The notes under the pieces were generated by a model. That model saw only the letters and a list, made by a program, of their open reading frames with translations. It was not told the DNA's origin and did no database searches. Shown in pieces: positions 37,780 to 47,238 of a DNA stretch of 64,000 bases (positions within the stretch are counted from its first letter, which is position 1; the number at the start of each line of letters is the position of its first letter). Source of the DNA: a virus; IMG/VR virus record IMGVR_UViG_3300046804_000544, positions 32,001 through 96,000 of that record; one strand, 5' to 3'. A program made the position numbers and the translations under genes.

Positions 37780-39557
37780 TCTTCAATTTCTAAATCGTTA
37801 GCATAACTGGTAAAACCGTTTTCTTTAACAACTTTTAACACATTGTTAACACGACCTACCAATTCATCTTTGTGGCTGATGAGATAAATGTTTTTATTAC
37901 GTTCACGAGCCATCTTCTTCAATACTGCTAGTGCATTTTCGACACCGGCAGCATCTAAACCGTTGTCAATCAATTCATCGATAAACAACAAATTGATATT
38001 TTGATATAGGCTTTCCCATACATCACGGAAACTCCAGCTCAATCCTAAGATCAATCTGTTGCGTTCACCACGCGACAAGTTGTCAAAGTCTAAATCTTGT
38101 CCTAATTGCGTAATTTCTACATTCAAATCGTTTAAGAAACTGACTTGATGCGGTAATCCCATCTTGTCAAGATAGTAAGTTAATCTGTTATTCAAATAGG
38201 CCAAGTTCTGATCAATAATCTTTTTACGGATAAAACTGTCTTTGTTAGTTAATAACTTGAGTAGGAACTCTTGATGATCTTTCAAACTGGTCAACGCATT
38301 AATGTTATCCCAACTGATTGTTTGTATAGCAGTCTTACGTAGGTCATCAATCTGTTCTTGATATGGATCTACTTCTTGTTGACGAATAGCCAATGCATTT
38401 TCTAAACTGGTTAAATTGTTTTGGTGCTTGAGTGCTTCTTCAAGAGCGTCATAATAGGTGGTAGGTCGCCCATTAATGTCACCTATTGCATCTAATTCTT
38501 GAATAATCGAAGCATAACTATCGCTGAGTCCCTGCAAATAGATAAGCGCATCTTCTAAATTCTTTTCAGCAATAGCAGTCATTTCTTCATGCGTCTGCGT
38601 ATGTACACCTTGTTTACAACTTGGACAAGTATTATTTTTTAATTGTTCTACTTCTTCTTGATATTTTGTTACTTGTTTGTCTGCTTGTGTAATTGCAGTT
38701 TCTATAGTGGCTTTTTCTTTGTTAAGACTTTTGATCTTAGCTGATAGTTCGTCGTATACCTTTAGTTTAGCATGTTGCTCTAATTCACGTTCAATATCAA
38801 CTGCTTGTAATTCCAGTATGCTAGCAGCAATCTTTTCACAGTCTGATTTTTGTTGTGCATACCAAGCCTTTTGTCTAGTTTCTAAACCAGAAATGCTTTG
38901 TTCAATCTTATCGTTAGAACGTTTAGCTGCTTCAATATCAGCAGTTTCTTGTGTAATAGCATCTTTAGTATTACGTATCTGTTCTTTAAGCAGTTCTGCT
39001 TTCTCACTTAGCAGTGTAATACCTAGCAATTGTTCAATAATTTCTCTTTGTTCGTTTGCTTTTAAACTTAAAAATGGCTCGGTATAAGTGTTTAAAGCCA
39101 CAATATGACGGAACATGTCGTGACTCATACCTAATAATTGATCAATATCCTTTTGTGTTTCACGCATGTCACCTTGACTATCGTCAGTTTCTTCTGCGCC
39201 TTGCTCTTGATCATTAACATAGAACTTCATCACAGTGGGTTTGCGTCCACGCTCGATCTTATACTTGTTACCATCTTTGTCAAACGTCAGGGTGACCAAC
39301 ATGTTTTTACCATTAATCTTGTTGATCAGGTTATCTTTCTTAATGTTAGTCAGCGCCTGCCCATATAATGCGAAACTTAACGCATTAACAATAGTAGTCT
39401 TACCAGTGCCGTTTCGAGAGCCGGAATCGTCACCTCCTTGGTCCAAGTTCTCGCCTAGAACGAGCGTTAAGTTTTCTTTACCAAAATTTACGGCCTGGGT
39501 TTGATTGCCCACGCTCATAAAGTTTTTAACGGTTAATTCTTTTAGTTTTAAACTCAT
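37776..39557 (-). CDS. gp46: Recombination exonuclease ATPase subunit, gp46/SbcC/Rad50-like
   Basis: Walker A GSRNGTGKTT, coiled coil with a CPSC zinc hook, signature LSRGE, Walker B LLFIDE and ISH. Confidence 0.95.
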   Translation of the reverse strand: MSLKLKELTVKNFMSVGNQTQAVNFGKENLTLVLGENLDQGGDDSGSRNGTGKTTIVNALSFALYGQALTNIKKDNLINKINGKNMLVTLTFDKDGNKYKIERGRKPTVMKFYVNDQEQGAEETDDSQGDMRETQKDIDQLLGMSHDMFRHIVALNTYTEPFLSLKANEQREIIEQLLGITLLSEKAELLKEQIRNTKDAITQETADIEAAKRSNDKIEQSISGLETRQKAWYAQQKSDCEKIAASILELQAVDIERELEQHAKLKVYDELSAKIKSLNKEKATIETAITQADKQVTKYQEEVEQLKNNTCPSCKQGVHTQTHEEMTAIAEKNLEDALIYLQGLSDSYASIIQELDAIGDINGRPTTYYDALEEALKHQNNLTSLENALAIRQQEVDPYQEQIDDLRKTAIQTISWDNINALTSLKDHQEFLLKLLTNKDSFIRKKIIDQNLAYLNNRLTYYLDKMGLPHQVSFLNDLNVEITQLGQDLDFDNLSRGERNRLILGLSWSFRDVWESLYQNINLLFIDELIDNGLDAAGVENALAVLKKMARERNKNIYLISHKDELVGRVNNVLKVVKENGFTSYANDLEIEE

Positions 39558-40567
39558 AGGTTGTTGTAAATGCTGAGTAGCACCTTAGGATCAAAGCTGT
39601 CGCTTTGTATATTAACTAATTGATTGGTTACAATTTGATCAACACTTTCAAATTTTTGAATATCAATGTCTGTGTTGATTTCTAATTCTTTTTTCTCTGG
39701 AATAAGCGTAAGTTCACGGATGTCATAGTCTTCCATAAACTTTTCTTTGATAAAACTAGCTTCTTCGTAGCTTATATCAATGTCTAAACTTACACGAAGG
39801 TGCTGTTTAGGTTTAATAATTGTATCTGCTTCGTCAATAAGTTGACTTAGTTTAACTGTACGAAATGTGGGTTGTGCATCCCAAGTAAAATATTCAGGTT
39901 GACCACCCCACTCTAAGACCATCATGCCACGTTCATCATCCCATGCATCTGCATAGTTGTGAGGGAAAGCATTGCCAATATAGACCATGTTACGCTTTTG
40001 CTGACGTTTGTGAAAGTGTCCGCTAAAACCTAGCTCATACCCTTCAAATGCTTCTAACTGTATGTCACCGTGATCAGGCATTTGCACCATGGCATTCATC
40101 ATAAAGTGCGGCAACTCAAAGTGTCCAAAGATGTATCTGGCTTTCTTTTTACCAATAGACTTCCATTCTTCGCCCACTAACCACGGGCAAAGTGTAACGT
40201 CTCCAACAGTAGTTGGTTGATGAACTACAGTAATACCTGGAATGTATTTGCCAAACTCTACTGAGTGGATATCTCGCTTATCTTTATAATAAAGATCATG
40301 ATTGCCAGGGAAAAAATAAAACTGATCAAAAGCCTGTCCAAGTTTCTCCAGTGCTCGTAGGCTGTAGTCCATAGTAGTAATGTTAAGACTATTGCGATTG
40401 TGGTGCCAATCGCCCATAAAAATGCCAGTGTCACAACCTTCCTCCTTGGCTTTTTGTATATACCAATCTACAAAGTCTTCACAGTCTTGGTTATGTGTAG
40501 AACTATTTGATTTTAGTCCAAAATGTATGTCTGTAAAACAGGCTACTTTCTTAAAAAGATTACTCAT
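39554..40567 (-). CDS. gp47: Recombination exonuclease nuclease subunit, gp47/SbcD/Mre11-like
   Basis: Metallophosphoesterase motifs DIHFG, GDWHH, GNHD, GHFE and SGHFH. Confidence 0.95.
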   Translation of the reverse strand: MSNLFKKVACFTDIHFGLKSNSSTHNQDCEDFVDWYIQKAKEEGCDTGIFMGDWHHNRNSLNITTMDYSLRALEKLGQAFDQFYFFPGNHDLYYKDKRDIHSVEFGKYIPGITVVHQPTTVGDVTLCPWLVGEEWKSIGKKKARYIFGHFELPHFMMNAMVQMPDHGDIQLEAFEGYELGFSGHFHKRQQKRNMVYIGNAFPHNYADAWDDERGMMVLEWGGQPEYFTWDAQPTFRTVKLSQLIDEADTIIKPKQHLRVSLDIDISYEEASFIKEKFMEDYDIRELTLIPEKKELEINTDIDIQKFESVDQIVTNQLVNIQSDSFDPKVLLSIYNNL

Positions 40568-40573
40568 GGTTGT

Positions 40574-40602
40574 ATATTACAGTCTTTACCAATTAAAATC
40601 AA
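40574..40602 (-). promoter_or_regulatory. Possible sigma70-type promoter for gp47-gp46
   Basis: TTGATT (40602-40597), 17-nt spacer, TAATAT (40579-40574). Confidence 0.45.
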
Positions 40603-41429
40603 TCGCTAGCTTCTTCATTTCTGCGTAGTGCCGCAGCATGTTCGCCTTCGCCCATTCTAGTATAACTAGGATTCATTCCGTTAATTTCTAACAGGTCGTC
40701 TCGAATAACTTGATTACGTTTTTCAATATTGATAATTCGAACAAAACTGTTTGTAACTGCGGCAGTAAAATAAGCAAAAGGATTGTTTGACTTTGATTCA
40801 TCAAATTGTAAACCAATCTGTGTAAGCTGTAGAATAGCTTGTCCACGCATTTCATCGTTGTAGGTATAGCCACGAACATTGCCTCTAGTAGCATAACGCT
40901 CGCATAATTTAATATACATGCGAGCTAGATTATTGGTAATTTGTCCGTGTTCTTTATTGAACTTGCCCTTTTCAATAGTGCCCTTCCAGTGACTTTTGCC
41001 TACACAGACTAGTACATCGTTTTCGTCAAACTTCCAATGCTGGAAAGGCGGAAAATTAACTTTATCGCGGCCGTCTGCTACGGTCTTTGGATTACGTTTG
41101 CGTGTTGAGTTTAACGGAATATGATCAAAAGTCATGATTCTAAAAATCAAATCTTCTTTTTTGATCTTTTTATAATCAACTTCGCAGTCAGCCTGTTTGA
41201 CTTTTTCGCCTGCAGATTTACGTGCTTCGTATGCCTGCTGCCCTAATCTTTTAGCTTGATTGCGCTTTGCTTCTGCAATAGTCCTGATATTAATTTTTTC
41301 AATACTAGGTAAAATAATATCGTATTGGTGATATTCTGGTTTGACAAATGTACAGTAAGTATTCTTTGATTTGTGTATTTCGTCTAACAGGTCTTTGTTA
41401 TTAAGGTAATTTATTTTCATAGTTGTCAT
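40599..41429 (-). CDS. gp55: Late-transcription sigma factor, T4 gp55-like, with a large N-terminal insertion (276 aa)
   Basis: NYLNNKDLL...GYTYNDEMRGQAI...FDESKSNNPFAYFT...FVRIINIEK matches the gp55 pattern NYVNNKEL...FD..K..NP.AY.T...F..RI.KE. Confidence 0.85.
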   Translation of the reverse strand: MTTMKINYLNNKDLLDEIHKSKNTYCTFVKPEYHQYDIILPSIEKINIRTIAEAKRNQAKRLGQQAYEARKSAGEKVKQADCEVDYKKIKKEDLIFRIMTFDHIPLNSTRKRNPKTVADGRDKVNFPPFQHWKFDENDVLVCVGKSHWKGTIEKGKFNKEHGQITNNLARMYIKLCERYATRGNVRGYTYNDEMRGQAILQLTQIGLQFDESKSNNPFAYFTAAVTNSFVRIINIEKRNQVIRDDLLEINGMNPSYTRMGEGEHAAALRRNEEASD

Positions 41430-41439
41430 AGTTCCTGTT

Positions 41440-41468
41440 ATTATAAAGTATGCACTTTATTTTGTCAA
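41440..41468 (-). promoter_or_regulatory. Perfect sigma70 consensus promoter driving gp55
   Basis: TTGACA (41468-41463), 17-nt spacer, TATAAT (41445-41440). Confidence 0.9.
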
Positions 41469-41475
41469 CTAAATA
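41469..41475 (+). promoter_or_regulatory. Late promoter variant (CTAAATA) for the baseplate operon
   Basis: TAAATA core followed by AAGGAG and the ATG at 41496. Confidence 0.55.
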
Positions 41476-41495
41476 TAACAATAAAGGAGTCCATA

Positions 41496-42554
41496 ATGGC
41501 ATTATTTGACAGCGTTTCTGGCGTATTCGGGCAAGCTGCCAGTAGTTTAGGGTCTAATGCGTCGTCTGCTATGGGAGCCATTGGATCGGTAGCCGGTACT
41601 GTTAGTAAAATGGCCGGTGCATTAAATAATTTATCTAATCCCGCAGCTCTGGTCAGTTCATTACGGCGCATAAATTTACCAGCTGGCGGAAATCCATCTC
41701 TCGGTGGTCAAGGAGCATCGGCGCAATTTGCTACCGATAGTAGCGACTGGCGAGTACGATTAAGTTTGCCAACTGCCGGCGGATTTACAGACAGTCCAAT
41801 TCTTCAACCGCTAGTTCAAGCAGGAGGTTTAGTATTTCCCTATACACCCAGTATGAGTATTGCCAGCGATGCAACGTACGAAGACACTCCATTAACACAT
41901 CAAAATTTTAATTTTATATCATATAAAAATAGTCGGGCAAGCACTATACAAATTACTGCACCATTTAACGTAGAAGATTCTGTACAGGCAGCTTATTGGT
42001 TAGCCGCTGTACATTATATGCGTTCTGTTACTAAAATGTTTGCCGGAGAAGATGAAGAAGCTGGAAATCCTCCTCCTATTGTTTATCTAAACGGTTACGG
42101 TGACTACGTGTTTAAAAATATACCAGTGGTAATAAAAAGTTTTAGTATAGACCTTCCACAGGGTGTGGATTATATTTCAACAAATGCAGGACAATCGGGA
42201 TCATTTGGCGGATTTGGTTTAGGATCTGCTGGCGGGGGCCAAACTATCGAAGGTATGGCCGCTACTACTGGCGCATTGGCGGGACTAGCCGGTGCTGTTG
42301 GCAGTGCTAAAGCTGCTAAAGCACTTGGTGTTGTCAGCGCAGGACTAGGAATTGCCGGAGGTGTAAAAAACTTATTAGGTGCTGCCGCAGGCGGATCATT
42401 GTTTGGTGGCGCAGCAGCATCCGGAGCTAGTCATGTACCTGTAAAAAGTTCAATGAATGTTACATTGCAACCAATTTATAGTAGACAAAAAATTAAAGAA
42501 TTCAGCCTTAAACAATTTGTTTCTGGTGCGTATGTTAATAGTGGGTATAACTAA
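41496..42554 (+). CDS. Baseplate/tail-tube initiator-like protein (gp48/gp54-type), 352 aa
   Basis: GLVFPYTPS+S, Y...NF..Y.NS, and PPP+V.LNGYG.YVF..+PVVI.SF..DLP..VDY motifs of tube-initiator-like proteins. Confidence 0.6.
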   Translation: MALFDSVSGVFGQAASSLGSNASSAMGAIGSVAGTVSKMAGALNNLSNPAALVSSLRRINLPAGGNPSLGGQGASAQFATDSSDWRVRLSLPTAGGFTDSPILQPLVQAGGLVFPYTPSMSIASDATYEDTPLTHQNFNFISYKNSRASTIQITAPFNVEDSVQAAYWLAAVHYMRSVTKMFAGEDEEAGNPPPIVYLNGYGDYVFKNIPVVIKSFSIDLPQGVDYISTNAGQSGSFGGFGLGSAGGGQTIEGMAATTGALAGLAGAVGSAKAAKALGVVSAGLGIAGGVKNLLGAAAGGSLFGGAAASGASHVPVKSSMNVTLQPIYSRQKIKEFSLKQFVSGAYVNSGYN

Positions 42555-42853
42555 TGGCAACTTATAAAAATTCTAGTCCTTGGAAAGATACTGAGATAGT
42601 TAATAACTATCTAGACATATTGTCTATTCGAACTATTCCTGCAGAAGATGATGATTTCCTCTACACTATTGAACCTCAGTATAGTCATAGGCCTGATCTA
42701 CTAGCATATGACCTGTATCAAAATCCTAAATTGTGGTGGGTTTTTATACAAAGAAATTTAGATGTGCTGCAAGATCCAATATACGATTTTATTCCCGGTG
42801 TGCAAATTTACATACCTAAAGGAAATAAATTAGCAGCTAAATTAGGAATGTAA
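42554..42853 (+). CDS. Baseplate wedge protein, gp53/LysM-like (99 aa)
   Basis: RPDLLAYDLY.NP.LWWVF..RN motif; first gene pair of the baseplate operon. Confidence 0.75.
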   Translation: MATYKNSSPWKDTEIVNNYLDILSIRTIPAEDDDFLYTIEPQYSHRPDLLAYDLYQNPKLWWVFIQRNLDVLQDPIYDFIPGVQIYIPKGNKLAAKLGM

Positions 42854-42854
42854 C

Positions 42855-45167
42855 ATGGGATTTTTTGATGAAGCTAAAGCAGCAGCTACCACCGCTGCCT
42901 CCCAAGCGTCAAAGTTAGTTTCTGGATCAGCCGTAAGTCAAAGCCTTAACAGTGCTGCACAATCTGCACAAAATATCAAAACGGCTATTAGCACAGGACT
43001 TAGTAATGTTGGTACTTCTATAGGCACTGCTATTCCTGGACTAATTTCAGAACTTCAAGGAGCCAACGGCGTTGGCGGGGTATTAACAGGAAGACCTGAA
43101 CTAAACATAAAAAACTATGCAGGCGGCGCAAAATTAGATGTTTCTGATACGCCTCCGTTTCCAAATATATTGAATAGTTATAGTTCGTTTAACTATGTTT
43201 TTACTTTAAGTGTGCTTCCTGATACACACATTAATGATCCCGACGGAACTTATCGTAAAGGAGATCTTGGCCCTATCATTATAAGATCAGTTGGACTTTC
43301 TGATTTTAACTATGAATTTTTTATTGACAATGTAAAGATAAGCGGCATGGCAGGATTAAATCAAGGTACCGGTAATTCAAATGCACTAGGGCTTAGTTTT
43401 CAAATTATAGAACCTTATAGTTTTGGATTATTTTTTCAGGTTTTGCAAACTGCTGCATTAAGTGCAGGATATCTAAACTATTTAGATGTACCAATATTAT
43501 TAACTATTGAGTTTAAAGGTCATATAGATCCTAGCGGATTAAATGTAACTATACCACAAAGTAAAAGAATGTTTCCAATGAAATTAAGAGATTTGCAAAT
43601 GCGAGTTTCTGGAAAAGGTTGTACATATGATGTTGAAGCATATCCCTGGAATGAGCAAGCCTTCTCAGATAGTTTTAATAAAGTAAAATCTGATATTAAC
43701 ATTAGTTGTAACAAAGGCGGGACATACAAAGTTGAAGACTTACTTAAAAAAGCAGAAAAGAGTTTAGTCAATGTTATCAATAAATGGTTTAAAGATCAAA
43801 TTAAAGAAGGTAACAGAGATTACGCAGATGAAATTGACATTGAATTTCCCGACGATATAAGTTCTGCTAGTAACTCAAATTCTACAAATGTAATAGGAAA
43901 AGCTGGTTTAGGATTAGACCTATTTAACAAAGGTGAAACACCGTTTGGCAAAGATAACTTTGCATATGATGCTGCTACAGGAATTTATAAAAGAGGAAAT
44001 TTAACTATTGATCCAAATAATGCAGACTTTAAATTTGCTCAAGGAGCAACAATTCAAGATATTATTAATCAAATTATAATGACTAGTGATTACGGTCGTC
44101 AGGCACTAAAAAAAGAAAACTGGACACAAAGCGGCCAGGTCTTATGGTGGAGGATTGAAACAAAACTGTTTATTAAACCATTACCAGAAGATAAAAAAAT
44201 GGGTAAAAAAGTAAAAAAAGCTGTGTTCAGAGTTGTACCATATGCTGTTGATGCCAGTGTGTTTACACAGGTAAACTCAAAAAATCCTGGGGTAGAAGAA
44301 AAAAAACAACAGGCTTTAAAAGAATACAATTATATCTATACAGGAAAAAATATAGATATATTAGATTTTGCCATTGAGTTTAAGGCAGGATTTTATACGG
44401 CGTTAAATGCAGATGCGGGAAAGAATTCCGAAACACAGAAAGGCCTATCAGCAGCTACTGGTAATGCTGGTGTACAAAAGGATGAAATAAATTCAAAAAA
44501 TCCTAGCGGAGGAAAACCAGGACTAAATCCTCGAGTTGTAAAAGATGATAAACTACGTTCTCGAACAGCATTGTTAGGAGGAACTGGCGTTGATGATGCT
44601 GCAACAATCGCTTCAAGACAATTTCATGATATTGTTACTAAAGGTTACGACATGATAAATCTCAATATGACAATATTGGGAGATCCTTACTACATAACAG
44701 ATAGTGGCATGGGAAATTATTCTGCACAGCAAACAACAAAAGAAAATATTAATGCAGACGGAGCAATGGATTATCAAACAGGTGAAGTAGTTATTACTGT
44801 AAATTTTAGAACACCTATAGACATTAAAGCAGATCGTTCAGGTATGTACGATTTTGGCACGGCTACGCAACCAGTTGTACAATTTAGCGGATTGTTTAAA
44901 GTTTTAGGTATTGAAAGTATGTTTAATGCTGGTAAATTTACCCAAACACTAAGTTTAATTAGAATACCGAATCAAGAAAATACCAAAGCACCAGATCCGG
45001 TGCCAGCGGAAAAAGAGCTACCAATGCCAGAAACTGAGTGGACCGACGGATCTGATGCCCAGGCTGCAATTGAAGCAGCTAATGCAGCAGAAGGTGTTGA
45101 AGGAACTCCAATTTCTGATCAAGAAGCAGAAGCTAATCGTGCAGCTCTAGGAGATTTTGCAGGTTAA
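42855..45167 (+). CDS. Baseplate hub protein (gp27/late-control-D-like), 770 aa
   Basis: Lies between the gp53-like and gp5-like genes. I.GDP motif and GLFKV..IES.F..GKFTQTL.L at the C-terminus, typical of hub proteins. Confidence 0.6.
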   Translation: MGFFDEAKAAATTAASQASKLVSGSAVSQSLNSAAQSAQNIKTAISTGLSNVGTSIGTAIPGLISELQGANGVGGVLTGRPELNIKNYAGGAKLDVSDTPPFPNILNSYSSFNYVFTLSVLPDTHINDPDGTYRKGDLGPIIIRSVGLSDFNYEFFIDNVKISGMAGLNQGTGNSNALGLSFQIIEPYSFGLFFQVLQTAALSAGYLNYLDVPILLTIEFKGHIDPSGLNVTIPQSKRMFPMKLRDLQMRVSGKGCTYDVEAYPWNEQAFSDSFNKVKSDINISCNKGGTYKVEDLLKKAEKSLVNVINKWFKDQIKEGNRDYADEIDIEFPDDISSASNSNSTNVIGKAGLGLDLFNKGETPFGKDNFAYDAATGIYKRGNLTIDPNNADFKFAQGATIQDIINQIIMTSDYGRQALKKENWTQSGQVLWWRIETKLFIKPLPEDKKMGKKVKKAVFRVVPYAVDASVFTQVNSKNPGVEEKKQQALKEYNYIYTGKNIDILDFAIEFKAGFYTALNADAGKNSETQKGLSAATGNAGVQKDEINSKNPSGGKPGLNPRVVKDDKLRSRTALLGGTGVDDAATIASRQFHDIVTKGYDMINLNMTILGDPYYITDSGMGNYSAQQTTKENINADGAMDYQTGEVVITVNFRTPIDIKADRSGMYDFGTATQPVVQFSGLFKVLGIESMFNAGKFTQTLSLIRIPNQENTKAPDPVPAEKELPMPETEWTDGSDAQAAIEAANAAEGVEGTPISDQEAEANRAALGDFAG

Positions 45168-45169
45168 TT

Positions 45170-46729
45170 ATGTCAGAAGAAAATAGAAGTCCAGCCGCAA
45201 GTTCTCCAACAGACTCTGGTCCGTTTTTGGCTAAAGTTGTTAGTCACCTCGATCCTACATACATGGGTGCTCTTGAAGTTGAACTACTGCACGAAGTAGG
45301 TAATCAAGATGCTAGAGAAGGGCAATTAAGAACAGTAAGATATCTAAGTCCGTTTTACGGAGTGACTGGGTTTGAATATGTTGGCGAAGATCCCGACGAC
45401 CACGACAACACTCAAAAAGCCTATGGTATGTGGTTCGTGCCTCCAGATGTAGGAACTATAGTTGTTTGTATTTTTATTGGTGGCGATGTTCGTAAAGGTT
45501 ATTGGATGGGATGTGTTCCTGAAGAAGGAATGAATTTTGCTCTACCAGGATATGCTGCTACTAGTTTTGTAGTAGACGATACAAGAAAAACTAGTACAGA
45601 AAAAACAAGGGTTCCAGTTAGTGAATATAATAAAATTATACATGAACCTAGTACTGATACAACTGCTATCTTTAAACCTGAAAGTTATTTTAGTACAGCT
45701 TTAGAATCTCAAGGTCTATTACGAGACGACACCAGAGGTATCACTACAAGTTCGGCTCGCAGAGAAGTACCGTCTATGGTATTTGGTATATCAACCCCAG
45801 GTCCAGTTGACAAAAAAGGAAAAAAGGATAGTTTTGGTAAACACGAAAGTAAAGTAGCAGCAGGGTTTGTTAGTCGGTTAGGCGGATCAAGTTTTGTCAT
45901 GGATGATGGTGATGATAAATGGGAGCGTAAAACACCGGCTTCAGACGGCCCTCCTGAATATGTCAACGTTGAAGATGGAGAAACTGCTGAACGTGATATT
46001 CCGCACAATGAGCTAATTAGACTAAGGACTCGAACAGGCCACCAGATACTATTACACAATAGTGAAGATTTAATTTATATAACCAATAGTAAAGGTACTG
46101 CATGGATTGAATTTACAAGTGATGGTAAAATTGACATTTTTGCAAATGACAGTGTCAGTATTAGAACAAAAGCTGATTTTAATTTTTATGCTGATAGAGA
46201 TATAAACTTTGAAGCAAAAAGAAATATTAATATGAAAGCTGGTGAAGAAATGCAAATTGAAACTGGTCTCAATTATAATGTAATTGTAGGAAAAGATGGA
46301 AAATTAACATTATCTGGTAATTTTGATACAAACGCTGGCGGATATATCTATGAAACTTCAGGCGGAGCTAATCATACAAAAGCTGGCGGAAACATAGTTG
46401 AAACTGCTTCAGTAATTCACATGAACGGTCCTACAGCATCTACGGCTGCAAAAGCAGTTGCACTAAAAACACATAATCTTCCAGATGTAGAAAGTCAAGA
46501 TGCTAACATGTCTGAAAAATTATCTATTCTAAGAAGAGTTCCAACTTTTGAACCATATCCTCAACACGAAAATTTAGATCCTACTAAAGTGAAAAAAGAA
46601 AAAACAGATAGAGATTCTGAAGGAAGAACAAGCGGAACAACTTCTACTATGAGTTTTGCAGGCGCAGGATACAAAACTTACAGCACAGAAAAAGATACGT
46701 TCAAAAAAGAACCACCAGTTAAAGAGTAA
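45170..46729 (+). CDS. gp5: Baseplate central spike, gp5/VgrG-like (OB fold plus beta-helix, no lysozyme domain), 519 aa
   Basis: YGMWFVPPDVG..V...F..GD...GYW.G (OB fold), RLRTRTGHQI.L, then beta-helix repeats ending in IHMNG. Confidence 0.8.
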   Translation: MSEENRSPAASSPTDSGPFLAKVVSHLDPTYMGALEVELLHEVGNQDAREGQLRTVRYLSPFYGVTGFEYVGEDPDDHDNTQKAYGMWFVPPDVGTIVVCIFIGGDVRKGYWMGCVPEEGMNFALPGYAATSFVVDDTRKTSTEKTRVPVSEYNKIIHEPSTDTTAIFKPESYFSTALESQGLLRDDTRGITTSSARREVPSMVFGISTPGPVDKKGKKDSFGKHESKVAAGFVSRLGGSSFVMDDGDDKWERKTPASDGPPEYVNVEDGETAERDIPHNELIRLRTRTGHQILLHNSEDLIYITNSKGTAWIEFTSDGKIDIFANDSVSIRTKADFNFYADRDINFEAKRNINMKAGEEMQIETGLNYNVIVGKDGKLTLSGNFDTNAGGYIYETSGGANHTKAGGNIVETASVIHMNGPTASTAAKAVALKTHNLPDVESQDANMSEKLSILRRVPTFEPYPQHENLDPTKVKKEKTDRDSEGRTSGTTSTMSFAGAGYKTYSTEKDTFKKEPPVKE

Positions 46730-46732
46730 ATA
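46726..46732 (+). promoter_or_regulatory. Late promoter variant (GTAAATA) overlapping the gp5 stop, 5 nt before the gp25 ATG
   Basis: TAAATA core. Confidence 0.5.
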
Positions 46733-46737
46733 TTATT

Positions 46738-47181
46738 ATGGTCGCTAATTCTAAATTATATGATAAAATTACTTTGCAAAGCAATAAGCAAAGTCAGTTT
46801 GTTCCCGGTACTAAAACATATAAAGGGTTTAGTACAGTAGCAAATATAGAAGGTTTTGCCTTATATGATTTAGAGTTAATTAAACAAGATTTGCTTAATA
46901 ATTTTCATATAAGACTAGGCGAAAGATTAGAACAACCTGAATTTGGTACAATTATATGGGATATACTATTTGAGCCGTTAACAGAAGAATTGCGTAGTGT
47001 TATTATTAAAAATGTAGAAGCAGTTGTCAACTATGATCCACGCATTCGAGCAGAGCAAATTATAGTATCTGCATACGAACAAGGGATTCAAATTGAATGT
47101 GTGTTAGTATATTATCCTTACAATATTAGAGAATCAATACAGCTTAAATTTGATAAAGATAACGGGCTATTGCTTACCTAA
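46738..47181 (+). CDS. gp25: Baseplate wedge protein, gp25-like
   Basis: IKQDLLN.F.IR.GER..QPEFGT.IWD.LFEP...YDPR+ motif. Confidence 0.9.
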   Translation: MVANSKLYDKITLQSNKQSQFVPGTKTYKGFSTVANIEGFALYDLELIKQDLLNNFHIRLGERLEQPEFGTIIWDILFEPLTEELRSVIIKNVEAVVNYDPRIRAEQIIVSAYEQGIQIECVLVYYPYNIRESIQLKFDKDNGLLLT

Positions 47182-47210
47182 GCAGTAAAATACGCACTTT
47201 ATAAATTTCA

Positions 47211-47217
47211 ATAAATA
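47211..47217 (+). promoter_or_regulatory. T4-type late promoter (ATAAATA) for the gp6-like gene
   Basis: Direct motif match upstream of the AAGG ribosome-binding site and the ATG at 47239. Confidence 0.6.
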
Positions 47218-47238
47218 CCTTATAAAGGGAAATAAGGT

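Noticed and set aside
37776-41429. Inteins in gp46, gp47 or gp55
   Set aside because: No C/S...HN intein termini or LAGLIDADG motifs were seen; gp46 and gp47 have ordinary lengths.
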